A DNA stretch of 64,000 nucleotides from the NCBI GenBank assembly GCA_016209685.1, contig JACQVQ010000006.1, forward strand, positions 3,184 to 67,183. The letters are read 5' to 3'. Below the pieces are notes generated by a model. The model was not told where the DNA came from and searched no databases. It worked only from the letters and a program-made list of their open reading frames with translations. Shown here in pieces: positions 37,765 through 48,100 of the stretch. Numbering within the stretch: the first letter of the stretch is position 1; each line of letters starts with the position of its first letter. A program made the position numbers and the translations under genes. This stretch comes from Planctomycetota bacterium. GTDB taxonomy: Bacteria > Planctomycetota > Brocadiia > Brocadiales > Bathyanammoxibiaceae.

Positions 37765-39096
37765 ATGGTTACCGAGGTAGGTATTGATATCCTGGAACAG
37801 GAAAGCGTACCCAGAGAGGCCGTGAGGCAGCTAAGGAAGAAGGTGTGCTCTTCCAACGAAGAAAGGGAGGCCATGGAGAACGAGGCCGCAAGCCTTGCCC
37901 TGGCCATCAAAAGGGGGAAAGACCCGACAAAGGTGAAAGAGGACTGTCTCAAGTTAGGTATAGTCCTCTGGACTATGGGTCGGGCAAAGGAGGCCATAGA
38001 GGCCCTGGAAGAGGTGAAGACCCGCAAGGTCGCTTGTTACTACCTCGGGAAGTGTTATGAAGAACGGGGGGACTACGAAAAGGCCCTGGAGTTGCTTGAG
38101 AAGGCCAGGAAGGAAGAGGCAGAAGAGATTGATTTAGAGTTAGAGGTCGTGGGCGTGCAGAGGAAGGCAGGCCAGACCAAGGAGGCGCTGAAAAAGATAG
38201 AACAGCTGGCGAAGGCCCACGGTAACGAGGCAGAAGTCCATTATCAGTGGGGGTATTGCACGGAAGACATGGGGGAATATCCGGAGGCCATGGCCCACTA
38301 CGAGAAAGCCCTGGAGATAGACCCTGAACATGCAGGGGCCCTTTTCCGCCTGGGTTACAATTATGACCTGGAAGGGGAGGACGAAAAGGCCGTAGGGTAC
38401 TATGAGAAATGCAAGGAACTCTCTCCCACTTATACGAACGTCCTTATAAATTTAGGAACCCTTTACGAAGACAGGGGAGAGTACGAGAAGGCGGTCTCTT
38501 GCTTTGAGGAGGTACTGAGGGCCGACCCCAATCACCCCAGGGCGGGCCTGTATCTTAAAGATGCCAAGTCCTCCCTCTACATGTACTACGACGAGGAAAA
38601 GTTGAGGGCCCAGAGTAAAGAGAGCGAGGTGTTAGGTATACCCATATCAGATTTTGAGCTCTCCGTACGGAGCAAGAATTGCCTGGAAAGGATGGGCATA
38701 AAGACGTTGAGAGACCTTACCACGGTAACGGAAAGCCAGCTCCTTTCCTTTAAGAATTTTGGAGAGACCTCTCTGACTGAGATAAAGGAAGTGCTGACCC
38801 AAAAAGGCCTCAGGATAGGCCAGGCCCTGGAAGAACAGAAGAGGTTGCATCCCACCCCCAGGTCTGAACAGGAGGCGGAACTCCTGAATAGCCCTGTTTC
38901 CATCCTGGAACTATCCGCCCGCACCGCAAAGGCCCTGGAAAAAATAGGTATCCATACCGTAGAAGAGCTTATCTCTAAGACGGAAGAAGAACTGCTAGGC
39001 CATAAGGGTATCAGCGGGTCGCACGCAGAGGAGATTACCGAGAAACTCACCAGGTGGGAACTATCCTTAAGACAGGCAAAAAAGGAATCAGAATAA
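37765..39096 (+). CDS. TPR-repeat protein with two C-terminal RNA polymerase alpha-subunit CTD-like (HhH) domains
   Basis: TPR-like repeats are present (YYLGKCYEERGDYEKALELLEKA, HYEKALEIDPEH, FEEVLRADPNH). FELSVRSKNCLERMGIKTLRDLTTVTESQLLSFKNFGETSLTEIKEVLTQKGL closely parallels E. coli RpoA-CTD ([23 protein letters not shown]...LGKKSLTEIKDVLASRGL). A weaker second copy is ILELSARTAKALEKIGIHTVEELI. Confidence 0.7.
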   Translation: MVTEVGIDILEQESVPREAVRQLRKKVCSSNEEREAMENEAASLALAIKRGKDPTKVKEDCLKLGIVLWTMGRAKEAIEALEEVKTRKVACYYLGKCYEERGDYEKALELLEKARKEEAEEIDLELEVVGVQRKAGQTKEALKKIEQLAKAHGNEAEVHYQWGYCTEDMGEYPEAMAHYEKALEIDPEHAGALFRLGYNYDLEGEDEKAVGYYEKCKELSPTYTNVLINLGTLYEDRGEYEKAVSCFEEVLRADPNHPRAGLYLKDAKSSLYMYYDEEKLRAQSKESEVLGIPISDFELSVRSKNCLERMGIKTLRDLTTVTESQLLSFKNFGETSLTEIKEVLTQKGLRIGQALEEQKRLHPTPRSEQEAELLNSPVSILELSARTAKALEKIGIHTVEELISKTEEELLGHKGISGSHAEEITEKLTRWELSLRQAKKESE

Positions 39097-39108
39097 TAAG
39101 AATAAGAT

Positions 39109-39136
39109 GTAGGGGCGACCGGCCGGTCGCCCCTAC
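39109..39136. repeat. GTAGGGGC...GCCCCTAC palindrome (GACCGGCCGGTC core)
   Basis: GTAGGGGCGACCGGCCGGTCGCCCCTAC, a perfect 28-nt palindrome. Confidence 0.85.
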
Positions 39137-39191
39137 ATAAAACTAAAGAAGGTGAGGGGAACTTTGGGAAAGGGTTTAAGCCGAGCATCCT

Positions 39192-39680
39192 ATGATAGCA
39201 CTAGGGATAGACCCTGGGCTGGCGGCAACAGGCTTCGCAGTGGTGGAGGCCTTGCCCCGGGGTAGTCAGGCCCATGACTGGGGCTGTATTAAGACAAGCC
39301 CCAGGCTTTCTAATCCCCTTCGCCTGGGCCTAATATACCGCCACGTCTGCCAGCTTATCACCAGATGGTCCCCGGGCCTGGTAGTCATTGAGGAGGCCTT
39401 TGTTGACCCCAAATACCCCAGGGCCGCCCTCCAGCTGGGGGAAGTCAGGGGCACCATAAGCGTAGCCGCCAACAATATGGAGGTGGAGGTCTTTGAATTA
39501 AAGCCCTCCGAGGTGAAGCAGGCCCTGACAGGCAGGGGCCTGGCCGCAAAGGAACAGGTACAGGTGGCCGTAAGCAGGATTCTCCGCCTGACTACCCAAC
39601 CTACCTCCCACCACGCCACGGACGCCCTTGCCCTTGCCCTTACAGGACTCTCCAGAAAGGGCCTCCTTTCCTGTATATGA
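39192..39680 (+). CDS. ruvC: Holliday junction resolvase RuvC
   Basis: MIALGIDPGLAATGFAVVE, VVIEEAF, and a C-terminal ATDALALAL motif. Confidence 0.9.
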   Translation: MIALGIDPGLAATGFAVVEALPRGSQAHDWGCIKTSPRLSNPLRLGLIYRHVCQLITRWSPGLVVIEEAFVDPKYPRAALQLGEVRGTISVAANNMEVEVFELKPSEVKQALTGRGLAAKEQVQVAVSRILRLTTQPTSHHATDALALALTGLSRKGLLSCI

Positions 39681-39690
39681 GGATATACCC

Positions 39691-40326
39691 TTGATCCGCT
39701 ACCTCAAAGGGACACTGCTTGAAAAAGGGGAGGACAGGATAGTGGTACTGGTGGCAGGGCCACACCCGACAAACGGCGGGCTGGGTTACGAAGTAAGACT
39801 GCCTTCCATAGTCAGGGCCTGCTACAACGCCAAAGAACTGGGCCAGGAAGTAGAGCTTTATATCTCCTACCAGCAATCAGAGAGACAGCCCAAGCCCCTC
39901 CTGGTCGGTTTTAACACGGAGGCCGAGCGGGAATTCTTTGAGAAGTTGATAACGGTGGATGGCATCGGCCCTTCCAAGGGGATAGAGGCCCTGACGGTAC
40001 CAGTGGCCAGGATAGCCAGGGCCATAGAGGATAAAGACACGGGCGCCCTGGAAAAGCTCAAGGGTATAGGCAGGCGTTCGGCCGAAAAAATTGTGGCAGA
40101 ACTCCACGGCAAGGTGGCCAAGTACGCCCTTATGTCCCTGGGGGAGATGCCTCCTCTTGAACCCGAAGATTTACGAAAACAGGTGGAGGCGGTGCTCGTA
40201 AAACAACTTGGACACAAACCCGCCGAGGCCGGCCAGTTAGTCAGGGAGGCCTTCCAGCGGAACCCAAAACTTTCTACCCCCGAGGAACTCTTTGAGGAGG
40301 TATACCGTGGCCAGAGAAGGGACTAA
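39691..40326 (+). CDS. ruvA: Holliday junction branch migration protein RuvA
   Basis: I prefer the TTG start at 39691 (GAGGA lies 7 nt upstream), which gives [21 protein letters not shown], the canonical RuvA N-terminus. HhH region [15 protein letters not shown]...[13 protein letters not shown]. The maximal ORF starts at 39628. Confidence 0.88.
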   Translation: MIRYLKGTLLEKGEDRIVVLVAGPHPTNGGLGYEVRLPSIVRACYNAKELGQEVELYISYQQSERQPKPLLVGFNTEAEREFFEKLITVDGIGPSKGIEALTVPVARIARAIEDKDTGALEKLKGIGRRSAEKIVAELHGKVAKYALMSLGEMPPLEPEDLRKQVEAVLVKQLGHKPAEAGQLVREAFQRNPKLSTPEELFEEVYRGQRRD

Positions 40327-41530
40327 GAAACAGGCCCCGAATCCACCCCTTCGCTCCGCTCAAGGGCAGGCCCTGAACCAGAACGGTTCAGGGCAGGCTC
40401 AGGCGGGGCAGGGAGAGGCCAAATCCCCCCTACCCCCCTTTAATAAAGGGGGGGCAAGGGAGGATTTAAACCGGCCTTCTCCGCCTCAGGCGGAGAAGGG
40501 GAAGGGACAAGGCCTCTTAAAGGGCAAGGAAGAGGTGGAAGAGGCCCTGAACCTGCGCCCCAGGAGGCTTGCTGAATATATTGGCCAGGGCCAGGTGGTG
40601 GAGTCCCTGGGTATTGCCATTGAGGCCGCAAAGAAACGGGGGGACGCCGTTGACCACGTCCTCCTTTACGGCCCCCCGGGTCTTGGGAAGACCACCCTTG
40701 CCCATATAATAGCCAAAGAGATGGACGTGGGGATAGTCACGACCTCAGGCCCCGCCCTGGAAAAGGGGGGAGACCTTATCGGCATCCTCACCCACCTCAA
40801 AAAGGGTGACGTGTTTTTCATAGACGAAATCCACAGGTTGCCCAGGACCGTGGAAGAGTACCTGTACTCCGCCGTGGAGGACTTTGCCATCAGCATAGTC
40901 TTTGACAAGGGGAGCCACGCCAGGAGCTACCGCAGTAGACTTGAAAAATTTACCCTCGTAGGGGCCACCACCCGTGCAGGGCTCATCTCCTCGCCCCTGC
41001 GGGAGAGGTTTGGCATACAGAGGGCCCTAGACTTTTACACGATGGAAGAACTATGCCAGGTGGTCAGGCGCTCGGCCGCCCTCCTCCAGGTGCCTGCAGA
41101 TGCAGAAGGGGTGGTGGAGATTGCCAGACGGAGCAGGGGTACCCCGAGGATAGCCAACCGCATCCTGAGGAGGGTAAGGGACTATGCACAGGTAAGACAC
41201 GCTGGGGTGATAACCAGACCCGTGACCCAGGAGGCCCTGGAACTGGAAGGGATTGACGGGGAGGGCCTTACCACGCTGGACAAGAAATTCCTGGAGACCG
41301 TGATAATCCATTACAAGGGGGGCCCGGTCGGGCTGGAGGCCATTGCGGCCGTCCTGCAGGAAGAGACGGATACCCTGGTGGACATGGTAGAACCCTTTTT
41401 GCTCAAGGCAGGCTTCATTCTCCGTACCCCCAAGGGCCGTAAGGCCACAGACAAGGCCCACAGCTATCTCGGCCTCCCTAATGCCTCTGCGGAGGAGAGG
41501 CAACTCTCTTTTTTACCAGGACAAAGATGA
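40292..41530 (+). CDS. ruvB: Holliday junction DNA helicase RuvB (maximal ORF; the conserved part begins near 40535)
   Basis: [12 protein letters not shown], Walker [46 protein letters not shown]. The first ~80 codons are low-complexity and built from palindromic repeats. An in-frame GTG at 40535 is an alternative start. Confidence 0.9.
   Translation: MRRYTVAREGTKKQAPNPPLRSAQGQALNQNGSGQAQAGQGEAKSPLPPFNKGGAREDLNRPSPPQAEKGKGQGLLKGKEEVEEALNLRPRRLAEYIGQGQVVESLGIAIEAAKKRGDAVDHVLLYGPPGLGKTTLAHIIAKEMDVGIVTTSGPALEKGGDLIGILTHLKKGDVFFIDEIHRLPRTVEEYLYSAVEDFAISIVFDKGSHARSYRSRLEKFTLVGATTRAGLISSPLRERFGIQRALDFYTMEELCQVVRRSAALLQVPADAEGVVEIARRSRGTPRIANRILRRVRDYAQVRHAGVITRPVTQEALELEGIDGEGLTTLDKKFLETVIIHYKGGPVGLEAIAAVLQEETDTLVDMVEPFLLKAGFILRTPKGRKATDKAHSYLGLPNASAEERQLSFLPGQR
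40477..40497. repeat. Extended TCCGCC-N3-GGCGGA palindrome
   Basis: TTCTCCGCCTCAGGCGGAGAA, a perfect 21-nt palindrome inside the ruvB 5' extension. Confidence 0.8.
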
Positions 41531-42123
41531 AGCTCCTTTTACACATCTGCTGTGCCCCCTGCGTCTGTGCCCCGATGGAGGAACTAAGGGCCAACGGGCT
41601 AGAGATAGAGGGCTACTTTTACAACCCCAATATCCATCCGCTACTGGAATTCCGCAGGAGACTCAAGGCCGTGAAGGTCTACGAATCCACCGGGGGGTCC
41701 TCCCTCCCCATACACTATTGCGAAGACTACGGCCTGGAAGAATTCCTCAGTACCGTAGACCGTGAGGGTGGCAGGGCCACTCCCGGCAAGAGGTGTGAGG
41801 ACTGCTATCGCATGAGACTGCTTTCCACCGCAAGATATGCAAAGGGGCATGGCTTTGATGCCTTTAGCACCGCCCTCCTCTTCAGTGCCCACCAGAAACA
41901 CGAACTCGTCAAGGGGGCCGGAGAGGAGGCCGCACGCCTGACGGGAGTCCCCTTTCACTATATGGACTACCGCCACCTCTACGAGAAGAGCCACGCTATG
42001 GCCAAAAAACGCTGTCTCTACCTCCAGTCCTACTGTGGCTGTATCTTCAGCGAGTACGAACGCTACGCCCCCACGACAAAGTATATTTATAAAGGAGACG
42101 GCGAGGAGGCAGAACGAATTTGA
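41527..42123 (+). CDS. queH: Epoxyqueuosine reductase QueH (DUF208)
   Basis: [20 protein letters not shown]...[10 protein letters not shown] is the DUF208/QueH N-terminal signature. A later motif is [10 protein letters not shown]. Confidence 0.85.
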   Translation: MKLLLHICCAPCVCAPMEELRANGLEIEGYFYNPNIHPLLEFRRRLKAVKVYESTGGSSLPIHYCEDYGLEEFLSTVDREGGRATPGKRCEDCYRMRLLSTARYAKGHGFDAFSTALLFSAHQKHELVKGAGEEAARLTGVPFHYMDYRHLYEKSHAMAKKRCLYLQSYCGCIFSEYERYAPTTKYIYKGDGEEAERI

Positions 42124-43358
42124 AATCTTTGCGGGAGATATTATACTTACTGGGAATTCAGAAGTCAGGATTCAGAATTCAGGAGCAAGGCAGTAGGCTT
42201 TTTTGTTCAAAATTCTATATTCTGAATCCTGTATTCTGTATTCTTATTTTATTCTGTCTCTCCTCCTGTGGCAGGCCGGTCTACCGCTCCGAGACCAGAT
42301 TGCAGGAGCCGCCGGATATGGAGGTAACCCTCTTAAAGGAGGCCAGTACGGCCCGTCTAGCAGTGCATTCTCCTTATAGAATCTTAGACCTTAAGAACGG
42401 TACGAGTCTGCGGGAAGGGGCGTCCCTCCCCAGTACCCCCGTTACCCTGAACCAGGGACAGTTGGCCCTGGGAGGCATAAAACTGGGGACGAACGGGGTG
42501 AGGGTAGTGGCCCAGGTGGACGGTGCCCTGGAACTGGAAGGCACGCATTATCGTGGAGAAATCCACCTGTTAAAAGGCCCCAAAGAGGGTCTAATAGCGA
42601 TAGATAAGCTGGATGTGGAGAGTTACATCCTGGGCGTAGTGGGGAGCGAGATGCCCAACCATTGGGAGCCGGAGGCCCTGAAGGCCCAGGCCATCACCGC
42701 CAGGACGTTCGCCCTCTACCTCAAGGGGAACGGGGTAACCCTTGGCCCCCTCCACCTGGCCTATAAGGGTACCGCAAGGGAGACCCCGGCCCTCAGACGG
42801 ATAGTGTCGCAGACCAGGGGGGTTGTCATGCTCTACAAAAAGGACCTCTTCCCGGCCTATTTCCACAGCACCTGTGGGGGGCATACGGAAGATGCCAGCC
42901 TGGTCTTCGGTAAGGACGGCATACCACCTTTAAAGGGAGTGAAATGTGATTATTGTAAGGACTCCAAATATTATCAGTGGAATCGGGAGATTTCCAAACA
43001 GGAACTGGAAAAAGGCCTCAGAAAGGCGTATCCTTCTCTGAAAGAGATATGGGAGGTGAGGCCCCAGGGGAGGGGGCCTGGCAGACATGCCTCCCAGGTG
43101 GAAATCAAATACGCAAGCGGGAGTTACAAGATGAACGCCAATGAGTTCCGCCTGCTGTTGGGGCCCAACCACCTGTTGAGTACTGCCTTTGAGGCCGCAG
43201 ACAAGGGCAAGATGATAAAATTCTCTGGCAATGGCTGGGGCCACGGCGTGGGCCTGTGCCAGTACGGGGCAGGGACTATGGCCAAGAATGGCTCTACCTG
43301 GCAGGAGGTACTTAAAAAATATTATCCAGGTGTGGAATTTGTAAAAATTTATGAGTAG
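42120..43358 (+). CDS. SpoIID/LytB domain protein (probable lipoprotein)
   Basis: EALKAQAITARTFAL and YFHSTCGGHTED are SpoIID-domain motifs, along with GWGHGVGLCQYGA. The lipobox-like LFCLSSCG is encoded by the right arm of the hairpin repeat. The start is uncertain. Confidence 0.8.
   Translation: MKSLREILYLLGIQKSGFRIQEQGSRLFCSKFYILNPVFCILILFCLSSCGRPVYRSETRLQEPPDMEVTLLKEASTARLAVHSPYRILDLKNGTSLREGASLPSTPVTLNQGQLALGGIKLGTNGVRVVAQVDGALELEGTHYRGEIHLLKGPKEGLIAIDKLDVESYILGVVGSEMPNHWEPEALKAQAITARTFALYLKGNGVTLGPLHLAYKGTARETPALRRIVSQTRGVVMLYKKDLFPAYFHSTCGGHTEDASLVFGKDGIPPLKGVKCDYCKDSKYYQWNREISKQELEKGLRKAYPSLKEIWEVRPQGRGPGRHASQVEIKYASGSYKMNANEFRLLLGPNHLLSTAFEAADKGKMIKFSGNGWGHGVGLCQYGAGTMAKNGSTWQEVLKKYYPGVEFVKIYE
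42152..42245. repeat. Tandem-unit hairpin (TTCAGRA units)
   Basis: GGGAATTCAGAAGTCAGGATTCAGAATTCAGGAGCAAGG...TTGTTCAAAATTCTATATTCTGAATCCTGTATTCTGTATTC. It uses the same unit type as 30778..30842. Confidence 0.75.
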
Positions 43359-43361
43359 GGG

Positions 43362-43417
43362 CAGCATTGGGGGCAGAGCCCCAATGCTATAGCCCTGGTG
43401 CTCTGCCACCAGGGCTG
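43362..43417. repeat. 56-nt double-hairpin repeat, copy 2 (inverted relative to 13600..13655)
   Basis: CAGCATTGGGGGCAGAGCCCCAATGCTATAGCCCTGGTGCTCTGCCACCAGGGCTG. Confidence 0.8.
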
Positions 43418-43443
43418 CGTGTCTGCCCTTTAGTTGGGCGAAC

Positions 43444-43460
43444 ATCCGCCTTAGGCGGAT
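43444..43460. repeat. TCCGCC-N3-GGCGGA palindrome (TTA centre)
   Basis: ATCCGCCTTAGGCGGAT. Confidence 0.75.
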
Positions 43461-43494
43461 TCGCCCCTACGGGCGTATAAGGAAGGGACAAGGC

Positions 43495-44643
43495 TTGAGA
43501 TTCAAGATTCTAGGTGCCGATAGGGAGACGAGGGCCCGTTGCGGGGAGATGGAGACCCCTCACGGGAAGGTCAAGACGCCCCTCTTCATGCCGGTGGCTA
43601 CCCAGGCCACGGTGAAGACCTTGACGCCAAAACAGCTCCGTGAGATAGGGACAGAAGCTATCATATGCAACGCCTACCATCTGGCCCTCAGACCAGGGGA
43701 GGAGGTGGTAAAGGGGATGGGTGGTCTCCACCACTTCATGGGATGGTCCAGGACTATAGTGACCGATAGTGGCGGCTTTCAGATATTCTCCCGCAACGGC
43801 CTGAGCCGGGTCTCGGACGAGGGCGTAGAGTTTTGTTCCCCTTTCACGGGAGAGAGGGTCTTCCTCAGTCCTGAGAGGGTAATGGAGATACAATCTTCCC
43901 TGGGTAGTGATATTGCCATGCCCCTTGACCACTGTGTAACCCATCCCTGTCCCCGGGAGGAGGCCCGCCAGGCCATGTTAAGGACCCATAGGTGGACCAG
44001 GCGGTGCGTAGAGGCAGGTCTCAAACCTGCCCCTGCACAGGCCCTCTTTGGGATTGTCCAGGGGGGTGTGTACAAAGACCTCCGCCTGGAGAGCGCCTGG
44101 GGCCTGGTGGAACTGGGGCTGGAAGGATATGCCGTAGGTGGACTCAGCGTGGGGGAGGGCAGGGAACTCATGTTAGAGGTGCTGGAATACACTGCCGAGG
44201 CCCTTCCGTGGGAGAGGCCAAGATACCTCATGGGGGTAGGCACCCCGGAAGACATCCTGGACGCCGTGGCACTTGGGGTAGATATGTTTGATTGTGTCCT
44301 GCCCACACGGAATGGCAGGAACGGTACCGTCTTTACTAGAAAAGGCAGACTAAAGATCCTCAACAGCCGTCACAAGGAAGACCCGAGACCCCTGGAGGAA
44401 GGGTGTCAGTGTTACACCTGCAGTAACTTCTCAAGGGCCTATCTCAGGCACCTGTTTCTTTCAGGAGAGATACTGGCCATGACGCTCCTTTCCCTGCATA
44501 ATCTCCATTTCTTTCAGCACTTGATGAGGGACGTCCAGGAGGCTATCCTTACTGGGAACTTTGGTCAGTTCAGAAAAACCTTCCCCACCTCTCAGGAGGA
44601 GGAAAGGGAGGGGAGAAAGGAGATGGCCTTATGGACTTCCTGA
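43495..44643 (+). CDS. tgt: Queuine tRNA-ribosyltransferase
   Basis: TTG start. ARCGEMETPHGKVKTPLFMPVAT, TDSGGFQ, LFGIVQGG, YLMGVGTPEDI, and the zinc motif CQCYTC...H. Confidence 0.94.
   Translation: MRFKILGADRETRARCGEMETPHGKVKTPLFMPVATQATVKTLTPKQLREIGTEAIICNAYHLALRPGEEVVKGMGGLHHFMGWSRTIVTDSGGFQIFSRNGLSRVSDEGVEFCSPFTGERVFLSPERVMEIQSSLGSDIAMPLDHCVTHPCPREEARQAMLRTHRWTRRCVEAGLKPAPAQALFGIVQGGVYKDLRLESAWGLVELGLEGYAVGGLSVGEGRELMLEVLEYTAEALPWERPRYLMGVGTPEDILDAVALGVDMFDCVLPTRNGRNGTVFTRKGRLKILNSRHKEDPRPLEEGCQCYTCSNFSRAYLRHLFLSGEILAMTLLSLHNLHFFQHLMRDVQEAILTGNFGQFRKTFPTSQEEEREGRKEMALWTS
44008..44038. repeat. GTAGRGGC...GCCCCTGCAC palindrome copy inside the tgt coding sequence
   Basis: GTAGAGGCAGGTCTCAAACCTGCCCCTGCAC, translated in frame as VEAGLKPAPA. 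Confidence 0.7.
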
Positions 44644-44720
44644 TGCGTCCGCCTGAGGTGGATACACCGCACTGGCTGGTGGATTTGCCGATAGATTCAC
44701 TCAGTTCACTGCAAGTCTTT

Positions 44721-45071
44721 TTGGCAAACTTGCCATGTATAGGACAGGCGGCACAGCCCCCGCCCGTATTCTGGACGACCCTGCTGCCCATCTTCATGAT
44801 GGGTTTTGTCCTCTATTTCTTCATCCTCAGGCCCCAGAGGCAGAAGGAGCGGCACAGGTTAGACCTGCTGGCCGGTCTAAAGAAAAACGACCGGGTAATC
44901 ACCGGGGGTGGACTCCACGGCGTGGTGGTCTCGGTAAAGGAGAAGGAGGTCATCCTCCAGATAGACGAGACTAAAGACGTCAAGGTAAAGGTGGAGAAGG
45001 ATGCTATAATCTCCGTGGAACATAGGGAAAAACATACGGAATCTAAAGAGAAGCATAAGGAGGAGGGCTAA
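44721..45071 (+). CDS. yajC: Preprotein translocase subunit YajC
   Basis: LLPIFMMGFVLYFFILRPQRQKE...LKKNDRVITGGGLHGVVVSV is the YajC signature. The maximal ORF begins at 44631, but its first 30 codons cover a palindromic repeat, so I chose the TTG at 44721. The start is uncertain. Confidence 0.8.
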   Translation: MANLPCIGQAAQPPPVFWTTLLPIFMMGFVLYFFILRPQRQKERHRLDLLAGLKKNDRVITGGGLHGVVVSVKEKEVILQIDETKDVKVKVEKDAIISVEHREKHTESKEKHKEEG

Positions 45072-45117
45072 CAGCCCTGACCTCCTGAGAGATAAAGAAA
45101 GAAGCTGAGGAAGAAAC

Positions 45118-48100
45118 ATGCCCAAGGAAATACTGCGCTGGAAGATGCCCCTGATTGTCATAATGGTAGCCCTGGCCTTGCTGTCCCTTTATCCCCCAAC
45201 GGATAGGGTCATCAAGAAGGAGAAGGTAAAAGAGGTAGATGGCCAGGTAGTAGAACGCTCCACCCTGGAGGAGGCGTGGCTTTCTTCCTTATTAAGAGAC
45301 AGGACGGCGAAGGAGTCCATCCTCAAGGAGGAGACCACCCCCGAGGGGAAGAGGGTGAGGGAAAAATTAGTGGAGTACGTGGCCAGGGGGAGGGTGAAAC
45401 TGGGGCTAGACCTCCGAGGGGGTTCAGAACTCCTCTACAGGGTGAGGGTTGAGCCTGGACAGGAACGCCCCAGGCTGACCCAGGAGGTGATAGACATCCT
45501 CAAGAAGAGGATAGACCCCAAGGGTATCATGGAGTACCGCATCCAGGAGCAAGGGCTCCACAGGATTCTCATTCAGGTGCCCGGCGCTACCAAGGCAGAG
45601 ACGGATGCCCTGAAGGACAGGATAGTCCGTCTCGGGAAGCTGGAGTTCAGGATGGCCGCCCCGAAGGGCAGCCCCGAATACCAGGAGGCGGATAAGGGGA
45701 AGGCCGTCCCGGGATACTATAAGCACTGGCACGGAAAGAAGCGAGGGGAGATAGGGAAAGAGACCGAGGAGTGGTACCTGGTAAGGAACAAGATAGAAAT
45801 TAGTGGAGAGAGCCTGTCCAGGGTCTATCCCGACAGGAAGGACATCCAGCCCGTCGTGGGGTTTGAGTTTAATACGGAGGGGAAGGCCAAGTTCTCCACC
45901 CTCACGGAGAGGAACATCGGCAGACCGCTGGCCATTATCCTGGATGGGGTGCTCTATTCTGCCCCCACCATCAGGGAACGCATCCCGGGCAAGGGGATTA
46001 TAGAAGGCAACTTTACCCAGGACGAGGTTAACAACCTGATAGCAGTGATGAGGGCAGGGAGTCTCCCCGCTGACCTGGAGATGGAGATGGAGATGAGCGT
46101 GGGCCCCAGCCTGGGGAGAGACTCTATCAGGAATGGGCTCGTGGCTGGCCTTGTGGGCAGTGCCCTGGTAGTGGGCTTTATGGCGGTCTACTACCTGGGT
46201 TCTGGGATGGTAGCCAACCTGGCCCTTGTCCTGAACATCCTCTTTGTACTGGGGGCCCTCGCAATAATGGGGGCTACCTTGACGCTCCCCGGGATTGCAG
46301 GTCTTGTACTCATGGTAGGGATGGCGGTAGATGCCAACGTCCTTATCTTTGAACGTATCAGGGAGGAAAAGGCTAAAGGCAAACCCATCCCCCTGGCCAT
46401 GAAGACGGGTTACGAGAGGGCCTTTACCACCATTATTGACTCTAACCTGACCACCCTCATTACGGCCCTCATCCTTTATGCAGTAGGTACCGGTCCCATA
46501 AAGGGCTTTGGTATTATCCTGTCAATAGGTATCCTTGTTAACCTCTTCACGGCGGTCTTCGTTACCAGGGTCATCTTTGAACTCTTTCAACCAAAGGAGT
46601 TCAAGATGCTCAGGCTATTTGAAAAACCATCCATACACTTCATGGACTATTTCAAGAAATGCTGTACTGCCTCAGTACTGCTTATAACTGTGGGGCTGGC
46701 AGCATTCCAGTGGAGGGGTATTGATAAATACGATATAGACTTCACGGGCGGTACCCTTATCCACCTGCAACTTGCCCGACCCACGCCGGTAGGGGAGGTA
46801 AGGGGCACCCTTGCCCAGTTAGGGTATAAGGGCGCAGAGGTGCAGGGCGTCTGGACGGCGGGGGCACTGGTAGCAGAGCCAACGGAGTTTGGCATCCGTA
46901 TAAAGGGCCTCTCCGATGACAAGACAAGGGAGAAACTCCAGGCGGATTTCCAGAAGGTACTGGGCGAGAGGCTGGAAGGCGTACAATTTGGCAAGCTTCC
47001 CACTGCCTTATCCTTAAAACTCAAAAAGCCCATGGAAGAGACCGAGTTCAGGAAGGTGCTGGCCGGGGCGGGTTATGCTGACGAGGACATCGTTACCCTG
47101 ATACCGCTGGGTGTCTCAAGCAGGGAGTACGAGCTTACTTTACCCGCCTTGAAGAATGAGAACACAAGGGTGGGTGAGCTGGAAAAACTTGTGCAGGGTG
47201 TCCCCGGCCTGGCCTTCCAGGGCGTTACCCTCCAGTGGGGTGAACTGAAGGAGGTAGAGACACAAACTGCGCCTAAGGGGGCGATGGTTGGGGCCCAAGG
47301 CACCCTGGGGCTGGAACTTAATAATCCAATAGACCCAAAGCTCCTGGAGACAGAACTCTGGAAAAGGGGCTATCGCCAGGTCTTTGTGAGCCTCCGGGAG
47401 GAAAGGGCCAGGAAGCTTACGGGCACCAGGCTAGAACTCACGGGGCCCAGGGATACGTTGGCATCCATGAAGGGAGAGATGCCCAGAGAGTTGAGGCTCC
47501 CCTCGTTTATTTTCCTTACCGAGACCTCCCTGAGAGTGGGGCTAGAAAACCCCCTGGAGGAGGGGGCATGGAGGGCCACCGTCCAGCCTGGACGCCTGGG
47601 TATAACGAGGATAATGCCCCTGGGTGCGGCCGCAGAGAATTTCGGTATGGAGCTAAACCCGCTCAGGGCGGAGAAGTTACAGGAAAAGATTAAAGAGGAC
47701 GTAATATCGGCCTTCCGGGACAATTTATATAGAGAGACAATTGGGGTGACTTTTGAGAAGGTTTCTGACGCAGACGGAGAAACCCTGGCGAGCATGAACC
47801 TGGGCAAGCCCTTGTCCAAGGGCAGGATAGAAGGTGCCCTGAGCGGAGCAGGCTATAACCAGGCCCTGGCGGAGCCTCTGGAGGCGGGCCAGGACTACCG
47901 GGCAGTAAAGCTCCGGGTGAAATCTGCAGAATTTGACGCCATGAGGCCCAAACTGGTACAGGCCTTCCAGATGCCAGACCCCCTGAAGAGGGTAGTGAGC
48001 ATTGGCTCAACGGTGGCCGAGGAGATGAAGAACAGGGCGTATCTTGCCCTGATTTTTGCAAACCTGACCATAATTATCTACATATGGTTCCGTTTTGGAG

